DNA from: Candidatus Brennerbacteria bacterium
GTDB taxonomy: Bacteria; Patescibacteriota; Minisyncoccia; UBA6257; GWB1-50-10
Direction: 5' to 3'
NCBI GenBank assembly: GCA_016183535.1
Contig: JACPEK010000005.1
Coordinates: forward strand, 1 to 57,189
Length of the DNA stretch: 57,189 nucleotides
Shown: in pieces, positions 39,782 to 47,523 of the stretch
Layout: each line of letters starts with the position of its first letter
Numbering within the stretch: position 1 is the stretch's first letter
The notes under the pieces: model-generated
What the model was told of the DNA's origin: nothing
Database searches by the model: none
What the model saw: the letters and a program-made list of their open reading frames with translations, nothing else
Made by a program: the position numbers and the translations under genes

Positions 39782-40681
39782 ATGACGTCTACTCCCTATA
39801 TTAAAGTTGAACTTAGTGATCGGATTTTCTGCTTTTATACGCTCCTCAATGCAGGCGGATACTCTCAAGGACACGAGGTACATCCCATCAGAAGGAGAGT
39901 GGTCCGTGCCGCACGAGAGCGTCTCACGGGTGAAGTTACAAAAGTAATAGAGGAGCTTCTCGTGAAACCTGGAGCCACACAACAATACTGGTTTCCATAC
40001 CGCACCTGGGTGCTGTGTCATGGTCAGCCTTCGGAGTTTTCTGAACTATCGGAAAAATGGAAAAAAATCCTCGATGAAAACAGTGGAGAAAAATTGCGGG
40101 CCGTATTGCAAGCAATATGGTCCGATTTTGGCATATCTGAATTATGGGAACGTGAAAGAGCGGAATATCTCCGCGCGGAAAGGCAATGCGAAGAAAACGC
40201 ACGCAACGCGGTGCAAATTTCAATGGATTACCTTCGTCTACGCAGAGAGGAAATTACTTTCAAAAATTTCGTTGTCATACCGAATTTTCTTGACGAGTAC
40301 CACCGCGGCATAGGACCGTTGATTGAAAATACCGCGTACGCGCTCATGGGTCCTTCTCCAGATCCAAATGACCCATTTCCGGAAGAGCGGATTCAGCATG
40401 AATTTTTGCACTCAATCATAAATCCTGTGGTGGGAAAAATATTTCATGATTCCTCTCACCAAGAGAAATCAAAACTGCGGGAGACGCTCATCCATGGTAT
40501 TGTCCTCAAGACTCACCGGAATGACCAGAATTATGTGAGGCATAAGCGCGAAGATCTGATCGGCAAAAAAATAAATGTGGTGCCTGTTCTCAAAGTCTTC
40601 GAGGAATATGAAAACACTGGAGGAAGTTTTGAAGAATTTGTGAAATTGGAAATGCAAAAAATAAAAGAGGCGTGCCGTTGA
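39782..40681 (+). CDS. hypothetical protein with HExxH motif (putative zinc metallopeptidase)
   Basis: 299 aa. IQHEFLHSIINP contains HEFLH. Convergent with the rSAM/peptide unit. Confidence 0.5.
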   Translation: MTSTPYIKVELSDRIFCFYTLLNAGGYSQGHEVHPIRRRVVRAARERLTGEVTKVIEELLVKPGATQQYWFPYRTWVLCHGQPSEFSELSEKWKKILDENSGEKLRAVLQAIWSDFGISELWERERAEYLRAERQCEENARNAVQISMDYLRLRREEITFKNFVVIPNFLDEYHRGIGPLIENTAYALMGPSPDPNDPFPEERIQHEFLHSIINPVVGKIFHDSSHQEKSKLRETLIHGIVLKTHRNDQNYVRHKREDLIGKKINVVPVLKVFEEYENTGGSFEEFVKLEMQKIKEACR

Positions 40682-40687
40682 GGCGCG

Positions 40688-40703
40688 CCTCTTGCGCAAG
40701 AGG
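40688..40703. terminator. 16-nt palindrome between convergent genes
   Basis: CCTCTTGCGCAAGAGG, immediately after both stop codons. Confidence 0.45.
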
Positions 40704-40704
40704 G

Positions 40705-40827
40705 CTATTTTACGTCATCGTTGCATGTGCAATCGTCGCCACAGCTTATGTCCGCGGGACATCCGAGCGCCACGCTATCGAGCTCGGGCACAGAGACGTC
40801 AATGATGACGATGTTCTCGCTATCCAT
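40705..40827 (-). CDS. 40-aa Cys/Asp-rich peptide, candidate RiPP precursor
   Basis: My own translation gives MDSENIVIIDVSVPELDSVALGCPADISCGDDCTCNDDVK. AAAGGAGGAACTT precedes the ATG. Starts 14 nt after the rSAM stop. Not in the ORF track (<60 aa). Confidence 0.6.
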   Translation of the reverse strand: MDSENIVIIDVSVPELDSVALGCPADISCGDDCTCNDDVK

Positions 40828-40841
40828 AAGTTCCTCCTTTT

Positions 40842-42092
40842 TTATTTTAGATAAGCACCTTCCGCCACGCGCTTTATGATTCTTGGAATGATCGCGCGCA
40901 TGAAAGCGCAGTGAGTGGGATCCGGAGTAAACAAATCTCCGGTTTTGGTTAGCCCTTTATGGGCACATCCGCCACGACACAGGTTCCGAACGAAACAATC
41001 GTGACACTGTTTCATATTCGTCGTGCGCCGACTTGCAAGATACTCCGCCTTGCCGCCGTCGACTACAAAGCCGTCCCCAATGTTTCCGATGAAGAACGAC
41101 GGCCATTTTTTGTTCAATCCATCGTCGACTTCACTACACGCAGTAAGTTCGCCTCGGTGATTTACCACCAAAGTCGAACCTCCCATCGGACCACAGTAAG
41201 AGCGATGAGTTGCACCTTGGAAAAAATACGTTAATTCACCCACCCGCACTTTTTTCGAGGCTCTTCTTGCCCATTCCAAAGCATGGATAATAGCGTCCAC
41301 CCATTGTTCTACCTCTATCGGTGCCGCACAATTGATGTTTTTTCCTCTTCCCAATCCATACATAGGTTCAAGATGTATCCGGTCAACGCCGAGATCTTCG
41401 AAATATTCGAGAATCTCTCCAATGCGTGGAATGGAATCGCTTGTTAACGTTGTCCTCACCGAAAGAGGGTTGGATGATCTTTTCTTCCAAATACGCAAAG
41501 ATCTCTCGACGTGCGAGGAAGAGGGAAAACCACCTTTGAGCGGGCGTAATCTATCTTGTATGGACGGTGGGCCGTCAATTGAGAATGTGATGCCAACATT
41601 GTAATCAATCAACCACTCCAACAGCGTTACCGACATTACGCCGGAAGTTGTGAGCGTCCATCGAACGCGGGTATTGTACTTCGCCACCACGTGCTTTATT
41701 ACTTGGGCGGCCGAAGTCGGTTCACCTGCTCCGAACAACGTTACGCGCGGATTTTTATGGTTCAGCGCGAGATAACAAGCGATAGCCTTGTCGGCCAATT
41801 CAACGCTCATAAGCTCGTTACTCGCTCCCGTGTTCGCGTAACAATATACACAACGCAACGGACAACGCTTACTGAGAAGCAACATCAAGTTCGACAGCTT
41901 CTGCGGCGCGGGGATAACTTCCGAACACACTTCACGAAAGAATCCCGCCTGTATAAGGTTTTCCATGACTTCAGCACATAGATTCGACGAACGAGCTACT
42001 TTTTTAACGCCTTGCCCGTAGATCAGGAAACAATGACCATCGGGCACTATTATTGTGTCGCCGATAACAGTCGGAAATTCTATCGTTCTCAT
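40842..42092 (-). CDS. radical SAM enzyme with C-terminal SPASM domain (peptide-modifying maturase-like)
   Basis: CPLRCVYC (CxxxCxxC), GGSTLVVNHRGELTACSE, CHDCFVRNLCRGGC (CX2CX5CX3C). AAGGAG lies 8 nt before the ATG. Confidence 0.9.
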   Translation of the reverse strand: MRTIEFPTVIGDTIIVPDGHCFLIYGQGVKKVARSSNLCAEVMENLIQAGFFREVCSEVIPAPQKLSNLMLLLSKRCPLRCVYCYANTGASNELMSVELADKAIACYLALNHKNPRVTLFGAGEPTSAAQVIKHVVAKYNTRVRWTLTTSGVMSVTLLEWLIDYNVGITFSIDGPPSIQDRLRPLKGGFPSSSHVERSLRIWKKRSSNPLSVRTTLTSDSIPRIGEILEYFEDLGVDRIHLEPMYGLGRGKNINCAAPIEVEQWVDAIIHALEWARRASKKVRVGELTYFFQGATHRSYCGPMGGSTLVVNHRGELTACSEVDDGLNKKWPSFFIGNIGDGFVVDGGKAEYLASRRTTNMKQCHDCFVRNLCRGGCAHKGLTKTGDLFTPDPTHCAFMRAIIPRIIKRVAEGAYLK

Positions 42093-42122
42093 CTCTTATT
42101 CTCCTTTTTAATTTCTTTTGAA

Positions 42123-42128
42123 ATTATA
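42123..42128 (-). promoter_or_regulatory. candidate -10 element for the rSAM/peptide unit
   Basis: Minus strand reads ...TTGTTGTTTTTTTGTTGTATAATTTC, with TATAAT about 30 nt upstream of the ATG. The -35 is not clear. Confidence 0.3.
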
Positions 42129-42197
42129 CAACAAAAAAACAACAAGAAAACAAAACACTCTGTTTTTTTGCTACAAGGATTTTGAATAAACCAATGC

Positions 42198-42230
42198 AAA
42201 AGGGCTGATATGAAATTTCATATCAGCCCT
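42198..42230 (-). terminator. rho-independent terminator after proS
   Basis: AGGGCTGATATGAAATTTCATATCAGCCCT perfect hairpin followed by TTT on the minus strand. Confidence 0.65.
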
Positions 42231-42306
42231 TTGATAAATCTACTTCACGAGCACGTGCCAGTCCGCGGCTAGCGGAGGAAGACCATCTTTTTCGCGATGA
42301 TCGAAT

Positions 42307-43773
42307 TCAGTATGCCTTCGCGAAAATAACCCTCCGAGGAGAATCTCCTCCACATCTCACGCATTTCCCCTGCTCATCCTCGCTGTTGAGAGGAATGCAA
42401 CGGATTGTCGCGAGCGTTTCTTTTTTGATTTGAGATTCACACGCAACATCACCACACCAATGCGAGTAGAGGAATCCTCCAGAGCCGACTGCCTTTTCTT
42501 TGAATTCGTCCCAAGAATTTACTTTCTTGGAATGCTCATTCTGGCGTTGCAATGCTTTTTCAAAAAGATTCTTTTGAATCGCAGCTAGTGTATTCTCCAC
42601 GTGAGCAACGACGCCCACATCATCCACTAGAACCTTCTCGCCAGTATCTCTCCTTACTACTATCAAAGAATTAGCTGCAAGCTCCTTTGGGCCTATTTCG
42701 ATGCGGATTGGCACTCCTTTTTTCTCCCATTCGAAAAACTTGGCGCCCACTCTTCCCTCTCCCTCATCAATCTTCACGGTAATGCCGAGTTGTTCTTGAA
42801 GCTTAGCGGCAACCGTATAAGCTCTCTGCACTATCTCCTTTCCACCCACTTCGACTGCCACTGGAATGATAACAGCGTGAAGTGCGGCGATTTTAGGAGG
42901 AATAATGACTCCTTTGTCATCGCCATGCACCATGATGAGTGCACCGATAATCCGAGTGCTTAATCCCCAGCTCGTTTGCCACACAAATTGTTCCTCTCCT
43001 CCCTGGTCAGAGAATTTCACGTCAAATGCTTTTGCGAAATTCTGCCCGAGCATATGAGAAGTCGCGGCCTGAAGTGCTTTTCCATCTTGCATAAGGGCCT
43101 CGAGGCAAGTAGTGTAAAGTGCGCCGGCAAATTTCTCCTGCTCACTTTTTTTCCCTATTACAACGGGAATGGCAAGGTGGTCCTCAACGAAACGGCGATA
43201 CACCTCGATCATCCGCATTGTCATCTCGCCTGCCTCCTCTTCAGTACTGTGAGCTGTGTGGCCTTCTTGCCAAAGAAACTCGGTGGTCCTCAAGAACGGG
43301 CGCGGACGCATTTCCCAACGAACCACGTTCGCCCACTGGTTTATGAGAAGCGGCAAATCCCGGTAGGAGTGAATCCACCTTTGAAAAGAAGAGTAGATAA
43401 TGGTCTCCGAGGTTGGCCGCACCACCAGAGGTTCTTCAAGAAGCCCCGTCGGGACTAGAACTCCCTCCTCATTCGCCTCAAGACGATGATGGGTGACAAC
43501 GGCGCATTCCTTGGCAAATCCTTCAACATGCTTGGCTTCCTTCTCTATGAGGTTCTTTGGAATAAATAACGGGAAATAAGCATTTTGAATCCCGAGAACT
43601 TTAAAAGCGGAACCAAGTACTTTTTGGATATTTTCCCATAACGCATAACCGTTGGGCCTGAACACCATACAACCTCGGACAGAGGAGCTGTCCGCCAGTT
43701 CAGCGGCTTCAATAAGATCTAGATACCATCTGGAGTAATCCTCCGTCCTTTTGGTTATTTTTCTGTTGTTCAT
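42307..43773 (-). CDS. proS: prolyl-tRNA synthetase, archaeal/eukaryote-like type
   Basis: 488 aa. YSRWY, RPTSET, FLWQEGHTAH, SHMLGQNF, WQTSWGLSTR, HGDDKG, C-terminal Zn-domain ending ...AKAY. Confidence 0.95.
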   Translation of the reverse strand: MNNRKITKRTEDYSRWYLDLIEAAELADSSSVRGCMVFRPNGYALWENIQKVLGSAFKVLGIQNAYFPLFIPKNLIEKEAKHVEGFAKECAVVTHHRLEANEEGVLVPTGLLEEPLVVRPTSETIIYSSFQRWIHSYRDLPLLINQWANVVRWEMRPRPFLRTTEFLWQEGHTAHSTEEEAGEMTMRMIEVYRRFVEDHLAIPVVIGKKSEQEKFAGALYTTCLEALMQDGKALQAATSHMLGQNFAKAFDVKFSDQGGEEQFVWQTSWGLSTRIIGALIMVHGDDKGVIIPPKIAALHAVIIPVAVEVGGKEIVQRAYTVAAKLQEQLGITVKIDEGEGRVGAKFFEWEKKGVPIRIEIGPKELAANSLIVVRRDTGEKVLVDDVGVVAHVENTLAAIQKNLFEKALQRQNEHSKKVNSWDEFKEKAVGSGGFLYSHWCGDVACESQIKKETLATIRCIPLNSEDEQGKCVRCGGDSPRRVIFAKAY

Positions 43774-43846
43774 GACTTTTCCTCTGATTTAGATGGGAGT
43801 TAAATTTCTTTTTTGATTATAAAACTATATTTCTTTTCAGTCAAGT

Positions 43847-44395
43847 CTAACTGCTGTTGGCATCCTTGTTCCTTGGAGAAATGAAGTCTTTATAAATCTG
43901 CGATTCCATCGGTCCACGACTATTTTGATACTTCCCTCCATACAGTCGTATTTTCCCTTTTGGAACCCAAAAGGTCACTTGACCAATAAGCATGTTGCGA
44001 TAAATCCTTATTTTTTGCACCGTGTGCAACTGGAGAGTCCATTGATTGACCGAACCGATATCAATGAGATCGGCGGTAATATGGATAAACAGTCCCACTC
44101 TCCCAATGGAAGATCTTCCTCTTATAATCGGGACATAATGGTTGCTCCCCATAATTTCTTCTGTGTGCCCCAAGTATAGCCTCCTTGGGTCTAAAACGAG
44201 GCCGTTGCGAGGAATTTCTATTAGATCAACCTTTTGCTTCAATTTGGGATTCAGCAATCGATTTCTGTATACCTTGATAAACCTTCCCAACCGAAAATTA
44301 TAGGAATTTGGATTTAATTGCCTTCTCCGAAACGGGGAGATTATTATTCTTCCTTTTTGCACTTCCTTTTCTATTTCTTTTCCGGTAAGTATCAT
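43847..44395 (-). CDS. dCTP deaminase (Dcd/dUTPase-fold) family paralog, catalytic Glu replaced by Gln
   Basis: MILTGKEIEKEV..., NPNSYNFRLG, GRSSIGRVGLFIHITADLIDIGSVNQWTLQL. Canonical Dcd has ...TLE/VLE at this position. Confidence 0.8.
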   Translation of the reverse strand: MILTGKEIEKEVQKGRIIISPFRRRQLNPNSYNFRLGRFIKVYRNRLLNPKLKQKVDLIEIPRNGLVLDPRRLYLGHTEEIMGSNHYVPIIRGRSSIGRVGLFIHITADLIDIGSVNQWTLQLHTVQKIRIYRNMLIGQVTFWVPKGKIRLYGGKYQNSRGPMESQIYKDFISPRNKDANSS

Positions 44396-44922
44396 GGGCG
44401 TTTTCGATTCAATTCTTTATATATCTTGCTCGTTCTCGGTTTCGAATATCTGCCGTATTCCCCTCGATAAAGAAGTTTTTTACTCCCATGCATAGTCCAA
44501 AAGCTTACCTGGCCGATTTTCATAAGTGGATACACCATCAAAGGTTGTACGGCATGCAATTCGAGTGTCCATGCATGTTCCGACCCCACATGCCCTAGAT
44601 CTGCTGTAATTTGAAGGTAAAGGCCTAGCCTCCCAACAGAAGATCTTCCACTTAAAATGGTTACGTAGAAATCACTTCCTATTCTTTCAAAAGTGTGTCC
44701 TAAATACAACTTACCTGGTTCCAAAATAGATCCACGCTCGGTGAGTTTTATTTTTCTGTATCGGAGCGGCTTCTTAAGATTAGAGCCTTTTTTAATTTCG
44801 AACAGCGTCCTCCCCAACCGATAGTTATAGCTATTCGGATTCACGTTTTCCTCTATAAATGGGGATATACATATCCGCCCACGTTTCACTTCTTTTTTTA
44901 TTTCTTCGCCGGTAAGAATCAT
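44392..44922 (-). CDS. dCTP deaminase (Dcd/dUTPase-fold) family protein
   Basis: MILTGEEIKKEV..., NPNSYNYRLG, GRSSVGRLGLYLQITADLGHVGSEHAWTLEL (Glu retained). ATGA overlap with the downstream paralog. Confidence 0.8.
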   Translation of the reverse strand: MILTGEEIKKEVKRGRICISPFIEENVNPNSYNYRLGRTLFEIKKGSNLKKPLRYRKIKLTERGSILEPGKLYLGHTFERIGSDFYVTILSGRSSVGRLGLYLQITADLGHVGSEHAWTLELHAVQPLMVYPLMKIGQVSFWTMHGSKKLLYRGEYGRYSKPRTSKIYKELNRKRP

Positions 44923-44931
44923 TTGGTTATT

Positions 44932-45969
44932 TTAGAAAAAATCCCTCCATCCTTGTTCGGCTTTTGCCTGTTTGGAAAACTGAGGCTCATCCGATGAATA
45001 CTCCTCAAGATGCGCGGTCAACCATTCTGTTGCGAGTGTCGCTTTTCCAAATTCTTCTTTCTCATACAAATTTGCTAGATGGATAACCTCCTCTGTTGTT
45101 AATGAAAGTTTCTTCTTAAGATAATTAAGTCCTTGGAGATAGAGTTTAAGGATTCGTCCCTTATCTCTATCTGAGGGCTTGATATTTTCTCTCAGTATCA
45201 CGACAACACAAGAAAGTGCATCAGAAAACTTTCTAGCATATCTCCCCTCTATAGGGGCGAGGAGATTTGCCGCTGTTGCTTCGATGGAACTTCCTAAATC
45301 GTGTACGCGCGAAATCATCGTGCTCACTCCAAAACCCAGTTCCACCGCAAGCGCCTTTCCACTAGATGCGTTTTCCGCAAGAACGATATTCCCTATGACT
45401 CTGAACTCCCCTGTTTTACTATTTATCATGGAGAAATTAAAATTTCTCCCTTTTATTTCCTGTGTACCGTAACGATGACGATACGTGTCGATATTCCCGT
45501 GAACAACGTTTAGCTTTGGAGTGTCTTGATCGCTTTGAATTTGTGATATGAAATCACCATCTTCAGAAGCTATATCAATTCTTATGCGATCCTTTTCAAT
45601 CCCTAGTTGATACAAGTATTTGCAAGTGTCATGAAAAAGTTCAGCTACGCGATTTGGCGGAGCTATAATGCCGGTAGCAGTAAAATACGAACTCCAATCG
45701 GGAATAATCTCATCATTGAGAAGAACTTTCGCGTTTTGCGTCCTCAAACATTTTTGCACAAGAAAAAAGCCAGGGGTTGGTATGCCGCCATAAAGGAGGA
45801 GAGACTTGAAAACGTTTGTTGTCGAGCCGATAAATCTTACGCTGTGATCAGCGGAAGATACGAGAGAGCTCGGCGGGTATTCAATATACCCGAGGTCGCC
45901 AAAGTGTTTTCTAAACACGCTCGAAACGAGAAGGGTTTGTTCTTTCAGCCAGTTTTTATCCTTCCTCAT
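44932..45969 (-). CDS. alanyl-tRNA-synthetase-like class IIc catalytic core, stand-alone (no editing or C-Ala domains)
   Basis: By-eye alignment to the E. coli AlaRS N-terminus. FRKHFGDLGYIEYPPSSLVSSAD matches [30 protein letters not shown] matches SQRCVRA. SYFTATGII matches TFFEMLGNF. IGNIVLAE matches IWNIVFMQ. VELGFGVSTMISRV matches VDTGMGLERIAAVL. ATG at 45969 chosen because the ORF-track start (46152) overlaps the upstream gene and its terminator. Confidence 0.7.
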   Translation of the reverse strand: MRKDKNWLKEQTLLVSSVFRKHFGDLGYIEYPPSSLVSSADHSVRFIGSTTNVFKSLLLYGGIPTPGFFLVQKCLRTQNAKVLLNDEIIPDWSSYFTATGIIAPPNRVAELFHDTCKYLYQLGIEKDRIRIDIASEDGDFISQIQSDQDTPKLNVVHGNIDTYRHRYGTQEIKGRNFNFSMINSKTGEFRVIGNIVLAENASSGKALAVELGFGVSTMISRVHDLGSSIEATAANLLAPIEGRYARKFSDALSCVVVILRENIKPSDRDKGRILKLYLQGLNYLKKKLSLTTEEVIHLANLYEKEEFGKATLATEWLTAHLEEYSSDEPQFSKQAKAEQGWRDFF

Positions 45970-46010
45970 TAAAGTTATAACGTTCCTTAAATTATGCCTT
46001 GAGCACGCGG

Positions 46011-46042
46011 AAACAAAAAGCCCCATGCGTACTGCACGGGGC
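46011..46042 (-). terminator. rho-independent terminator after the BNR/T9SS gene
   Basis: Minus strand: AGCCCCGTGCAGTACGCATGGGGCT followed by TTTTTGTTT. Confidence 0.5.
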
Positions 46043-46058
46043 TTCTGAAACAATAAAT

Positions 46059-47363
46059 CTACTTCATGAGGACCATCTTCTTCGTCATGGTGAACGCGCC
46101 TGCGTTCATTCTGGCGAAGTAGATGCCGCTCGGGAGTCCGGAGGCGTCCCACGTTGTCCGGTGGGTGCCGGCGGAGACCTCCTCGTCAACCAACATCACA
46201 ACTTCCTGGCCGAGCGCATTGTACACTGTGAGGCGTACATGACTTCGGTCGGGAAGCGTAAACTCGATCGTCGTACTCGGATTGAACGGGTTCGGATAGT
46301 TCTGCTTGAGAACAAATTCGGTTGGAACCGAATTGTCTTCAACCTTGACGATGTCGTCCCACTTCGCCATCCAAACACCGTCGTTGGTGCCGATCGCAAG
46401 CGTGAGCGCATCAACCCTCACAATCGAGATGGGGATAAACCCCGTGAGGTTGAGCGGTTTCCATTCCTCCTCGCTCACTCTTTGATACAGAATGGGGTCT
46501 CCGGGATTTGGAGTAACCCCCGCTATGGTGCCAAAGGGCGCAGGTCCGACGTAGACCACTTCCCCGAGTTCTTCAGGGACACCGTCAACGTGTTGCCAGG
46601 TGTCCCCTTCATTCGAGGAATGGAAGATGCCGCCTCCGTCCGTCGCGACATAGACACCTCGGTACCAACCGACAGTGTCCGCGGCAATACTCAAAATATT
46701 AGTAGAGGTCAGGCCGCTACTCACATTTTTCCACGTTTCGCCCCTATCTGTAGAACGGAGCACGCCCTTTGCGGAATCCTTCACCCCGGAGTTCAATCCT
46801 ATATACAGGTATCCAGACGGGGCTTCCGTCATCCTCTCGGTATAATACTTTATAAGAGGATGATTGGGAGCGAGAATAACTTCCCATGTCTCTCCATCGT
46901 CGATGGATTTGTACAATCCATCACCGCCAGCAAAAACCGTTCCGTTCTTCGTCGCAAAAAGCATTACAAGAGATTCATTTTCCGGATCCCATACATGTCG
47001 CCAGCTTTCTCCACGGTCGGTGGATTTGAATATACCATTCCATGCGGCGACAAGAATACCCCCGTCTTTTGTCTTTACAATGCCTTCGACAGAAGACGGG
47101 TGGAGGTCAAGCCCATACGAGGGGCCGATCTCATAGAAATCGCTCTTGTTCTGGGACGCGTACAGGTAGAGATTCGTCCCGGCGAAGATGAGTGAATCGT
47201 CGTAAACGAGGAGATGCCGCGCATTCACCTGTTGACCTTTGAGGTTCCAGGGCCATGCCCAGGTAAAGGTGATTTTTCTGGCCGAGGTTTGCGCCCATCC
47301 CTGAAACGGAACAGACGCGAGGAGCATCGCGAAGATGCCCGCAAGAATCCATAACCGTTTCAT
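46059..47363 (-). CDS. BNR/Asp-box repeat protein with T9SS type-A C-terminal sorting domain
   Basis: Signal peptide. Asp-boxes STDRGESW, SIDDGETW, STDRGETW, SNEGDTW. C-terminus NYPNPFNPSTTIEFTLPDRSHVRLTVYNALGQEV...GIYFARM. AAAGAGG lies upstream of the ATG. Confidence 0.85.
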   Translation of the reverse strand: MKRLWILAGIFAMLLASVPFQGWAQTSARKITFTWAWPWNLKGQQVNARHLLVYDDSLIFAGTNLYLYASQNKSDFYEIGPSYGLDLHPSSVEGIVKTKDGGILVAAWNGIFKSTDRGESWRHVWDPENESLVMLFATKNGTVFAGGDGLYKSIDDGETWEVILAPNHPLIKYYTERMTEAPSGYLYIGLNSGVKDSAKGVLRSTDRGETWKNVSSGLTSTNILSIAADTVGWYRGVYVATDGGGIFHSSNEGDTWQHVDGVPEELGEVVYVGPAPFGTIAGVTPNPGDPILYQRVSEEEWKPLNLTGFIPISIVRVDALTLAIGTNDGVWMAKWDDIVKVEDNSVPTEFVLKQNYPNPFNPSTTIEFTLPDRSHVRLTVYNALGQEVVMLVDEEVSAGTHRTTWDASGLPSGIYFARMNAGAFTMTKKMVLMK

Positions 47364-47469
47364 TTCGCGCCTCTTTGTTTTGTTATTAGTTTTTCTGGTT
47401 AGAATTGTACCACAAACAATGGGGAAAAGTCAATATTAGGACAGTGCATAAGCGGTGCGTCAAGCGGAC

Positions 47470-47496
47470 AAAAAAAACCGCCCACAAGGGGCGGCT
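47470..47496 (-). terminator. rho-independent terminator
   Basis: Minus strand: GCCGCCCCTTGTGGGCGG followed by TTTTTTTT. Confidence 0.6.
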
Positions 47497-47523
47497 TTCG
47501 CGTTTATTCGCCTTCTATATTCC

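Noticed and set aside
40672-40854. 60-aa plus-strand ORF overlapping the candidate precursor peptide.
   Set aside because: It has no ribosome-binding site and begins inside the preceding gene's stop region. The minus-strand 40-aa ORF has an AGGAGG site, operon position and a Cys-rich core, so the plus-strand ORF is taken as its antisense shadow.
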